Origin: Dimorphilus gyrociliatus
Taxonomy: Eukaryota > Animalia > Annelida
Length of the DNA stretch: 64,000 nt
Reading direction: 5' to 3'
Assembly: GCA_904063045.1 (NCBI GenBank)
Contig: CAJFCJ010000031.1
Location: 124,001 to 188,000 of the forward strand
Shown here: piece by piece, positions 26,945-38,900 of the stretch
How the letters are laid out: every line of letters starts with the position of its first letter
How positions within the stretch are numbered: the stretch's first letter is position 1
Position numbers and translations under genes: made by a program
The notes under the pieces: model-generated
What the model saw: only the letters and a program-made list of their open reading frames with translations
The model's database searches: none
What the model was told of the DNA's origin: nothing

Positions 26945-28465
26945 ATAGTTTTTTTTCTCATTCTCCTCTCTCACTCTTTCTATAATTTCTTTGTCTCCAT
27001 TTTTCCTTTACTATTTCTATTCATTTTTCTTGTCACGTTAACTTTTTTTCTTTCTCTTAAAAATACTAATATTCTATGACTTGTATAATATAGTATAGTA
27101 CAATATATGTATATATATAGATACTGTATATGTACTGTATATTTATATATAGTGTATGCTATATAACTTGGACATCTTTCACTCTACTTTCTTTCCTCAT
27201 CCTAAGAGAGACGTTTAAATTTGCTATTTTGCATATATAAACGGGTATTAAATTATTTTTTTCACTTATAAAATAAAAAGAAAACGAAATTACTTAAGGA
27301 AATTTCATACTCTAACCTCTCTCTGTCTCTCTCTGTCTGTCTCTGTCTCTTTTTACTTTTTCCCTATACGCTAGTGCAGATATACCAAGTATATACATCA
27401 TATATACTCTATCTAGTTCTATTTTTTGTCTCTCCCTCTCTCTCTCCATATATAGTATGCCTATACTTTGTATGTCGTCGAAACAATAGAGATTTATGCA
27501 ACGAAATAGCCTCTAGAAACGTAGATAGATGTGATATAAATCGTACATATGTTTTAAAGAATCTACTCACTAATATACTTTATAAATAAATGAATAAGAT
27601 GCTAAGAAAAAAAAAGAGAAAGAAAGTGTCTATTAGTATAAAAAAAAACTACGGGAAGTATATGTATAAATTATTGGTTTTATCATTGTAGATTATAGGC
27701 TCAAAAAAAGCTAATTGCCTCGTCAGTCGTTTAGTTGGGTTTTTTTTTCAATTCTCTCCTGGAAAGGAAGTAGAAAAATCACTAAATTTTTTCTTTATTT
27801 TTTAAAAATTTGATGGTGATGAAAAAGGAAGAAGAGAAGCAATAGGATACTTTCTCTTAAGTTGTGCCTCGCCCGATATAGGTTTATTAAAACACCAATG
27901 GACTTTGTAATAATTTAATCTGATTCACTTTCGTCTAAGATAATAGTAAATTGATTAAAATATGAGGATGAAGAAGGGAAGAATGAAGAAGCTTTTGATA
28001 CGGGGAATAAGTAGATTGAGATAAAAAAAGAATGACTAAAATATTTGCCCTACATGACTAGATGAGAAACGATGGAAAGTTTTGTCTGTTAGGAAAGGCC
28101 TATAATTCTTTACGAGAATTTTTTTATCACAATTGAAAATAAATACATTCGTTTATGGTGTCGAACAAAGTTTTCGATTTCGACTAAAGCCAATATACAA
28201 ATCAATCATGTGACAGTTGGATCCATTGTTTTGTTTCTTTCTGGCGAACCATAATTAGTTAGTGCATCTACATTCTATAATTGGCTTACGCTGTAGACAG
28301 GGAAGATTTATTTTGTCATACGGTTTGTCCCCTATCGAATAAGAAGGGTAAGACTAAAACACTTTCAATTTAAACCATATAGTCTCTTATTTGTTGCATT
28401 TTCATTTCTTTATACGTCTAGGTGTAAGCTCCCTCAAGGTTAAAAGAGACAAACTAGAGGACGAT

Positions 28466-29938
28466 ATGAGCCAGGAAGGTATATATTGGGAAAGCAATCT
28501 TGCAAAATTCCTTCTCCTATTCATCAATACCATTCTTGCAGTAGGAATACGACTCTAAATATCATTCGCTAATTTATTACTGTTTGTCAAATAAATCCTT
28601 TCCTTTTCAACTTTAAATAGATTATCGGCTTTGGTTTATCTATTATAGGCATTGTAGGCCTATGCAATAAAGACCTCCTTAAGTATCTACAAGTGGCAAC
28701 CGTAAATAATAACATCGATTTAATAAAAGCCTCATCTGGATTACTTATTGGTCTAGGATTTTTTGTTATCGTCATTGCCGCCTTTGGCTTATTCGGGGCA
28801 ATTAAGGGTAACATCGGATTACTAACAACCGTTCGAAAAGAATGTAGTTTTTTATCTTATTCCTCTAAATATACACATTCCCTTTTTCTTCTTTTATTCA
28901 TCTTTCCCTATTACTCTTCTCTCTCTCTCTCGCTTCCCTCCCTGTCTCCCTCCTAGTCTCCCTCCCTGCCTCCCTGCCTCCCATCTCTCTCTTTAGTCTT
29001 TATATATTGTTTAGTAAACAATTTTTTCTCTACATTGTCATCTTCTCTATTAACAGTATATCGGCATCCTACTCTTCATCCTACTCTTGCAAGTTATTGC
29101 CGCAATTTTAAGCTTTGTCTTCCAGGCTAAAGTATAAAAATAGTTCATATACTGTATATATTCTCATTTCTTCCTTATACAACAGATTCTAAATAGGGTA
29201 AATATAGCCATGACCGTATTTATCAAAGAATCATACGGTGAGAAGGGTAAAGAATCTTTAACGAAAATCTATGACGACCTACAAATTAACTTGAAGTGCT
29301 GTGGAGCTGGATTAGGAATGGAAGATTGGCGTAACAGTTCCTATGTAAAACATCACTATAATGATAGAGTACCAGAAAGTTGTTGTAAGCCGGATAAAGA
29401 TTGTATAAAAACCGCTGATGTTGATGAAATTTATACAACCGTAAGTAAATTCTCCCTACGTCTGTCAATCTGTCTGTCTTTTCCTTCTATATCTCTTGTT
29501 TCATACCTGCCTAACTAATGACCTAGATATCAGAATATCCCCTTTTACGATTTTCACACATAACCTTTAATGCATATATGTGTTTTATACTGTTTACAAC
29601 GTTTAATCAACAATATAAAGTATATAGAATAATTAAAAGGTATTTTTAATTTTCCTCCTCTAATCTGCCAATCTCTTATAATTTTAATTATTTTTAATTA
29701 ACCTATTTCACTTTGCTTAATAGTCTTGCGGGGAGGCTTTAAAGGAATTGCTGAAAAAGCACGCAGGAATACTTTCGGGTATAGTTTTTGGATTTATTGG
29801 ATTTCAAGTAAGAGGAATATATTCTCTCCTCTGGTTATTTATACTATTAATTATGTTATTGTTACTTAGGTAGCAATAGTATTCATCGCCATCTACCTAC
29901 GGTCAAATATAGGACAATTCACCTGTTCGAAGTATTAA
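28466..29938 (+). CDS. Tetraspanin (CD63-like, 6-Cys large loop), 6 coding exons
   Basis: Four TM segments. Large extracellular loop has CCG, PESCC and two further Cys (LKCCGAG...VPESCCKPDKDC...SCGEAL). Start MSQEGIYWESNLAKFLLLFINTIL, end RSNIGQFTCSKY*. Confidence 0.92.
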
Positions 29939-31678
29939 TCAACACCAAATTATAATAATATCTCCAATAGGATTAAGTACTGTAAATTGTACGTGGCGAG
30001 AGATGATTCCTTCCTATTGTTTAATATTCTTTTGTCTTTTATGTATTCGCAAAGAGTAAATAATTAATAAATATACGGTATTTAAATGAATACATGCTTA
30101 TTCTCTTCTTGTTACTTTTTGTAACTTTTAACAAACATAATTAAGCATTAATCCTCTTAAATACCATGAATATTAATAATAGGAATAAATAACAATGGGT
30201 GTAAATGTAAATAGGAAAAGTGTCGTTTTTTTGTATTTGCAGTACACTCGCTCAAATAGATTGCATAAAAGGTATAAATAATACGTAAAAGTTAACAATT
30301 ACTGTGTAAAGTATTTGTTTGTCAAAAAAAAACAAACAAACAAACAAACAGAAAAACAGTTAGAACAAAAAGGAAAAAATACAGATTTTCAAATATAAAT
30401 CATTTTTATCTTTTATATAAATTCTATTTATAAAATGTTTGTTTTCCTTTAAAATTCAATTTTTTCATATGCCTAATATTATATTCTCTCTCTCTCTCTC
30501 TTATTCTCTCTCGCTTTCAATCACTATTTTCCCTTCATTATACTCGTTTCTATCTCGTGTACATTTTACATCTTTTGAGCAAAGATTTTGCCATGAAAGC
30601 TAAAATAATTTTTTTAAAAAAAAAAAATATAAACAAAAGTAAAAGACAGAAAAAAATAATAATTTAATATAAAAGTTTTTTCTCCTTTTTTTATAAAAAA
30701 AAAGAATAAACAAAACAAGCAAATTGTTATAATATCAATGTTTTTTCTTTTACGTTGCAGGAATAGAGTACACATGATTAAGTGAACAAATATTTCTTTC
30801 GTCAATATCATCCCGCATAAAGAAATTAATAAGAGAAAGTAGAAGAAGGTGGAGAAGGAAAAAGAAACTGGGAGAGGGGGCGGGGGCGGGGAGCAATGAG
30901 AAAATGTCTTCTCTCCCCCCCCCCTCCCTCCTCTTCCCCGTTCTTCTATCTTTTTTATATACATAAATGTGATATAATAATTATTTGTTGCCATTCGCTT
31001 GAGATTCTATGAATAAATAAAATTTTTAAAAATATCTTCCTCTTCTCTTTCAAGTAAATACAATTTCTTTTTCAAACAGAAAAATAATTAAAGAGTTCAC
31101 AGATTCTTCTTAACCCTCTCTTATTTCTTTCTCTTCGTAATGTTTCCCCCCCTCTCCTTCTTCTTTTTCCCCCATCTATAAACTGTACCGTAAAGAGCAA
31201 TGATAGAGATTCTAAATATAGATAAGGAAAAAAAAAAGGAAAAAGAAACGCAAGAAAGAAGAAAAAACAAAGAAACATAAACAACATAATAAAGTTAGGA
31301 AAGTACAAATATTGATTTCTTTTTTTTTTTGGAAAAAAACTCTTCTTAAAGGATTAGGCGAAAATCTTCTTATCCATGTAGATAAATATATAAATTATGT
31401 ACAATTTTTTAAAATTTGTTTGTCTCGTTTGTCCTATACGTATTTTGTATGGAAACGTAACAAATTAATAGGATGGATGATTTAGATAATTTTTTTTTGT
31501 TTCTTTTTAAAAGTTTTTTGTTTTTTCTAAATGGAAATAGAAAGTTATAAGGAATTTTCAGACTAGAGCAATCAATTTTTCTATTATTGTTTCTGTTGCT
31601 GTTGTTGCAGGTCTTTTGCTGATATGAAAAAAGAACGAAATGAAAAACAAAAAAAAAGCTATAAAAACTTTTTCTCTG

Positions 31679-34600
31679 CTAAGAGGGAGGCAAAGGAAGC
31701 TGATTGTTATCCGGGCCAGCACCATTTATGACGGGAGATACATTATTTAACTTAGTTAAGCCAATTGAACTAGCTGAATCTTGAATCTGTTGTATATATT
31801 CCGCGCAGTTATCCTTCGATTGGTCAATTAAGTCGACCTGTCCTTGTAGTACTCGATTATTCCATACGATATTGTCGGCAGCCTTGACAGAATAAATAAA
31901 AACAGTTACAAACGAATAAGAACACATATAATAAATACTAAAAAAATAAAAAACACACTCACATAGACATACATACTTATATACAAACAAAAAACATATT
32001 TTAAGTAGATTAATTAATACCTTATTAAGCTTTTTTCCTTTAAGATTATGCTGTTCTAAAGTATTACGCAATTGTTCGTGACATTCCATATCTCGAAGTT
32101 TAACTTGAATAATTGAGTTTCGTATGCGTTCGCAATTGGCCATTAATTGTTTGCAATGATTAATGAGCTGTGTTTGTTAATTTTGTATAATTTTTTTTCT
32201 CTCTTTTTATATACAGTATAAAACTTAGAAAAAAAAGGGGGAATGCTTACATTTTCAAATGCAGATAGTCTTTTCTTCAATATATCGGGTAAATTACCCT
32301 GCGTTTCGAATCCAGGGAAATCATCTTTAATTACCAATGCTAATGAGACGGCTGAAGGTGACGGCGAGACAATCGTAGGTGTCGAATCTTCCGTCAAAGC
32401 TGGACTTGGAGGAGGTGTTGCATTACAGGATGTCATGGTCCGAGATAAAATTCGAACGCATTGTTTTATGCTAGCTGTTGGAGAGAGGCCGCATTGTTCT
32501 CGTAAAACGACTAGAGCAAATTGAACGTTGTCTCGAAGGTCAGTCGCCTCTTTCATTGGATTAACCGCTGCTTTAAATGCATCGTCAATCGTTTTTACAC
32601 CAATATGTTTAACAGTTGTATAGTCCTTCTTCTTTCTGGACCTTCTCTTAGAACAATATCGACTATGATTTGTTATGTGGACGTGTACAAATAATGTGGA
32701 ATTTGGCAGCTCCTCCCCAGCGTGAGACAATAACTTGATATGCCTATACCCGGTACGCATACATAAGAAAGGTATCGTATATTGACCTATAAATTCGTCG
32801 CCAATGCTTTCATCGTCTAAAACGGTAAATCTTACTAGAGCCATTTCCGGTAAATTAATTTGAAATTCGAATATTTCGTCGAAAACGGGATTATCCGTTT
32901 GGGGAACGGTCTTCGTATTTCTTTCAGCACAATCGGCCGGAATACCGAATACTTCAACTTGAACGTATGGATCAATTACATTTCCTTTAGCTAGCGTTTT
33001 ACTAGGTTTAGGCAAATATTGTCCACTGATTATGCGTAATCTTAAAATCTTTGGTGCAATACCAGCCGTAGCGTCCTTGGCATTTGCATTAAAATAGGCC
33101 AATTGCTCTCTCATTATGCCAGGCTTTAAAACGTAACCGCAACCTCCATTCTGCAAAAATTTTCCATCGTTTAAATCCATCATCGTGCCGGTGGTTTGGA
33201 AATTAAGCGCCACTAATTGACATCCGCTATTCCACATGTCCTGCGGGTTGTAATTGCTAGAATCAATTCGGCTACCGTTTGGAAACACTCTTGTCAAGAA
33301 TTTCTTGTTATGATTAACAAAATGGTCGGCAGAATGATTTGATAATTTCAAAGCTGAACTTTCGCTCATGGAACAAACTTCGTACCATTGTTCTACGAAC
33401 GATAGAAAATGTTATATTAGTATTATATATTATATGTTAATAGACAATCAATTAGCGATGCGATTAGGATAAATAAGAAATAACAATATATATATACATA
33501 TATATATATACAGAATATGTTTATATATACACATATATATATATAATAGACATGTACACACATATAAAAAGGGGGAGGAGAGAGATCACCACGCCCAAAC
33601 TGTACGTTCATTTTAATTATACTTACGTTTTGCATTAGAAGTTTCGAAGTCATAGAAACGTACAGTTCTACTGATGGAAACCAAATCTGATAATTCCTTA
33701 GCTAGTAAACGTTTTTTAGCGCTTTCTCTTTTCGAACGCTTAGAACGGTCGGAAGATGACTGATCGTGAAATTCTTCTTCATCAGTTACAAAATCGTTCT
33801 CTTCAGATCCATCGGGTAGCTTTTTAGTTTGTATTAATATCTTTCCGCGTAATTCCTCCGGAGAGGGCATCTTGGTTAAATTATCCGTCGAATTCGTGTA
33901 TAATTTTGACCCGAATACATCAGTTATGGTCGAAGCCATTAACTTTTGCTGCCCGATACTGCAATGATTTTCTATATGTAATATCAGAGGATATTCCGAC
34001 TTTTCGAACGCCAGTTCGTTGATTTTTTTTATGACTTCAGAAAAAGAGATTTTTGGAGTAAGTGTATGTCCATGAAAAATAATTGGTTCTCCTTCAACAC
34101 CATCCCAGCAATGCATTTCCAAGCAACGACAACCTTTCCTTAACGCTCTAGCGTAACCATCAACCGATGACGGACCACGTAATTGATCCTCTAATAGGTA
34201 GGTATTATGCGACGTCGATATAAAATAATGGCTCAATGGTTGTGTCATATCTTGGCACACTCGACGTTCCTCTTCTACTAATAAACTACAATCATTCGAT
34301 AGTAAATGCGCCGTAAAGCCATCAATTCCCAAACGGCCTAGTCGGCGTCCTTCCTTCGTTGGTTCATATTTATTGATGATCTCTAGGCATTGTTCCTTAG
34401 TCACGTGCGCTATACCTTGTTCCGCTTCCAAAAAAAGCATCAAGTCATCTACAGTCAGGCTATCTGCGTTGTTTGAGTATCTGTCAGATTTAAGTCAATA
34501 AATATAAAATCAGCATTAGTATAGAGAAATAGCCAGCTTTATATTTCTTTCTTATATAAAGCCTTAAAACTGTACCTGACTAAAAGAAAATATATTTCTG

Positions 34601-35734
34601 GCCTAGTTGAAATCTCTTTAAAGAGATTGACAAACTCCTTACTACTAATTCGTCCTCCGCTAGAACCATTCTTCTTATTCAAATATTCTTTCAATTTCAA
34701 CTTTACTTTACCGTCCGGCAGCGAAGAATTCAAGTCTTGAACTATTCTCATCACTACGTCAGCATCCAAATGGCCTTCCTCGGCATTTGTGTCGAAAACT
34801 TCCTGAAGCCACTCGTCACGCATTTGTTGCCTATCGTCGACAACCTCTTCCGGTTTGCCATTTATTAGACAAGTCAATCCAGTAACCCATATACAGGCTT
34901 CGTCCGGTGTTGACGCTGCTAGATCCATAGTTTCAAAATTCTCTCCGTATACAATTGTAAACGAACACGATTCCCCGTAGTTAGCCGTATTCTTACCGAC
35001 GCGTATCTCTTTGATGTCTTTCACTAGAATTTTCGCTTTACTTGGCTTCTTTGTCGAAGGTCTCCAGCAGATCTCCTGCATCTTTGAATCCAATTGAAAT
35101 ATACGATTATAATGTCTAGAATTTGCCCGCACTTTAATCAGATGAGTTCCCTCTTGCATCCTCTTTAAACAGTCGGGTGCTGGAGGGGGGGGAAGAAGTC
35201 ATGAAGACATGATTAAAAAAGGAAGAAAAGAAAAGCAATTAAATTCATCTTATTATCTAGAGCGGAAAGACAGGAGGAGGGGGGAAGGTGAGTAGAAAAA
35301 AAAATATATTAAACAATTTCTTATGATTCTCTCAGCATTTATTACTCTTTAACAATCAGCTGATGACCCTTTTTGCCACGCCTATTTTTAAATGAAATAA
35401 AAATCGAACGCGATTTTTGACTCGCAATAAAAACAACGATATCACTTATAGAAACAACGTGAAATTTCGAATATTTATTAATTTTTAACATACCATTCGT
35501 TACCGATCGCTCGTTTGGCATTGAACTAAATGAGACAGTCTTTTTCTTCATAGCTCTCTTATTCGGGTCTTTAATTAAACTACTTCGGCGGGTACGGCTA
35601 ATTGTTTGAGCAATATCACTACTATCCACATGCAAGTAGTTTCCATCGCTATTGCGATCTTTTGAATCTGAATTCGAGACGTCTTCGGTCGACGACGTCT
35701 TTCCCCTCGAAGCTGCGTCCGAGTCGTCGGCCAT
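31679..35734 (-). CDS. PLCL: Phospholipase C-like protein (PRIP/PLCL family): PH, EF, X, Y, C2 and PLCL C-terminal helical region
   Basis: PLCL-specific N-terminus RRSSLIKDP...KKKTVSFSSMP (PP1-binding RVxF), PH domain (KVRANSRHYNRIF), X box SHNTYLLEDQL, Y box RVFPNGSRIDSSNYNPQ, C2 domain, and PLCL-type tail KLNKAADNIVWNNRVLQGQ. Confidence 0.93.
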
Positions 35735-35965
35735 TTTCAAACTGCCGTGGAGACCGAACTACAGAACAGGTAACCCCACTATAAATATATATATTTTTTT
35801 TCTTTTTTTTTTCGCGGCAAAAATTCAAAGGAATAAAACACAAGTATTTTTTATTGTTAAACTTCTTTTGTAAAACTATATTTTGGTTTTATTTTGTTCT
35901 TTTTGTATGGAATCATTGGCACATAAATACAAAGTTTTTATTTATTTATTGATTACATTCACTGA

Positions 35966-38900
35966 TTATTCTGTTGTCGCTGTTGTACTTGTCTGACCAA
36001 CGTCCATGACGTGTGTCGATTTTCCTTCTTTCATCTTGTGTTGATGTTCAATTAGGGACACGCAAACGAAAACCCAATTATACAAATACTGAGCTGGTAT
36101 AGAGCCATTTTTTGCAACGGTTCCATGTGGAACGGCTGATAAGATAAAAGAGAGATAAATTTATTAATATAGGATATTTATAATATCTTACAATATAATA
36201 ACTAAATTATATTACCGTTTAAGTATCCGTAAATTAATTCAATAGGAATATCGTCAGACGGATCTTGAGTAGGATCGTAATGAAGAATTCTATTTCCCAA
36301 TTGTTGATTTAGATACTAAACAAGTTTGATGTTGAGAGAAGAGAATGAGCATATATTACAAATCGAGGCAGCGAGTGAGTGTCGGAGAGCAAGGAAGAAT
36401 GAGAGAGGCAGGCAATGCAACCAAATTGGTAAAAAAAAAAGAGAAATAGAATTAGTCTCGTTGTTAGTCAAACTCTCTCAAAATATATCATTTATATGCA
36501 CTATATAGTACAAATAAATGATTCAATACAATATAGACGTATAAGAAACAAATAATAAATAACAATAAGGATAATAAAGATGATAATGACAATAGTAATA
36601 ACAATTATGATGATAATGATGATGAGGCAGAAATCCATGTTTTTTTTTTCTTGGTCCGTTTTTATTTTTAAACATGCCGTGATAAGACGTGATTATTGTA
36701 TACATGCAACTCTTACCGTAATTAATCATCACGATCGAAATCGGTGTAAAAAAAAAAAAAAAAAAGAAAAAAAAACAAAATATAAAAGTTTTTTTTTCTC
36801 TCTCTCTCTCTCTCTCTCTCTTCTTTTTCTTTTCTTAAAAAAGATACTACTCCACCCTTAAAAGATCCCTTTTTTTATTGATTATAATACTATTTGTACA
36901 GCTAATTATTGTTAAAAGAGGCTTAGACTTTACTCTAACGTTTAAATATTTAAGATATAAATTTCTTTTGTTTCAAGTGTAAAATCTTTAGGAAATAAGA
37001 GAATATATATATTTAGTATACTATATATATAAAATTAACCTGTTTACAGCCATTCCAATTGTTAAATTGACTCTCAATTGCCGGTTGCGGATAGAAAACA
37101 GTTAATACTGCCTTTATAATTTGATGGATGATCTGACGGAATAAAGCGTTTCAATTACGAATTCTATTTACGAGATCAATCAATTCATTTGATAAAATAT
37201 ATAGAAAAAAAAAGAGAGAAACTTACTTCTGGAGGCTCTTTATAGCTTTTTAATTCAGCATAAGCTTGAGCGTCTAATTTAGCGACGTTTTCTTTCAGAT
37301 CAGCAAGCATTAACTTATCGAATAGTACTTCAACATCATTCACCTCGGAGGAACGTGATATTTCGTTATAGGCCATTTGCAACAACTTTAACATTTTCAT
37401 TACTTCCTTATTTTCGAGTTTTGGTAAAGCTTTTAGTTCTCCAATGACCATATCTAATAGAACAACCGTCATACCCTGTTCATCTCTTAGCGGAAAAGCT
37501 AAATGCCTTTCACCGTACGCGTCAGCGCTTACCGATTCCGAATTATCAACGCAGTTAAATAAATAATCCCGAAAGAGATTATCCTTCCTATGTAGCTTTG
37601 GTGGAGTAGATAGTAAATGAGCCGTTCCTTTATTATCAGTCACAATCATCTTCCTCAAAACGTATTCGTTAGTTTTCTGTTCCGGCTCTACCATATAAAC
37701 AGTTACGTCCTTTACGTGAGGGCATCTTCTTAATATCCAGCTTATAGCCGATTCGGATATCCTCAGCGTCTTCTCTCTTACGTCGACGTGATGATAAGAA
37801 ATACTAAACGATTTAGCAGCCCCTTGAAAGAATTGTATTTCGTGCGATATAAAAATAGCTCTAGAATGAGGATCGGACAATGTATCAATACCCAAAATGC
37901 CAAATACCCTTTTCTTATTGTCCTTTAAAGGAACAACTATAAAAGATCCTTCTCTCTCGTCTTCTGGCCTGTCATTATTCCAAAATTGTATATTGCCATG
38001 ATTGCTAACCTTTGGCACATGAATAGGTTTCCCACTTTCGACCGAGGCAAAACTAATGCCTTTCATGTCTGGATAAAGAACTTTGCCAAGTACGTAAGGA
38101 GCATCTTCCGAGGTGGCACTTACGTAACGCAATAAATGTGGTCCCCTAGAAGGTGCTATAATATTTCTCTCCAACATAGCTACATAGGCACTTATTAATT
38201 TTCCACCACCATGAGTTTCGGCGTCCTTGTACAAAGCTTGGAATAGAGTTTTATAAATTGGCTGCATACTCGCTCCTGACGTTTCGGCTGCAGTTACAAT
38301 TTGTTTTAACCATTTCTTCCTTGCTTCGCCTCTAACTCTTTCTGTATACGTTCTCTCAACGCTACTAATCAAGAATTCAACCAGTAGATCAAATGTATCT
38401 TCTCCAGACATGTAATGGACAACCCTATGTAACAAATCGCGAAATTCTCTCTTACTTAATCTTTGATCGTGCACCTTATTCTTAGTTTTTATTTCCTTCT
38501 TTGCCTTCTCTATTGCCTCTTCTTCCATACCATTTTTATATTTATTCATAATAGTACAAACTTCTTCCAAGTCAATAAAACCTGAAGCATCATTGTCCCA
38601 CATCTCAAATAGACTGTTCAGCATCAAACGTCGTTTAGCAGACAACGCTTCTCTTCTGGCTTTAACTAATCTTTGCATTCTTTCATCTTCAGTTTCGACG
38701 TAACCTTCTCTAACAAACCTAACCAAATTATTGAAAATAACCGACTCTGCCTCATCGCCTATAAAAGTCTCAGTTAGATGGACAAATTGGGAAACGTTTA
38801 ATTGATTCTCATCAAAAGCTGACGCCTGAGATTGACTTCTTGTACCTTGAGACGTTATCACTGGAGGATCGTTTAAAAATTAAAGAAATCGCACAATTGG

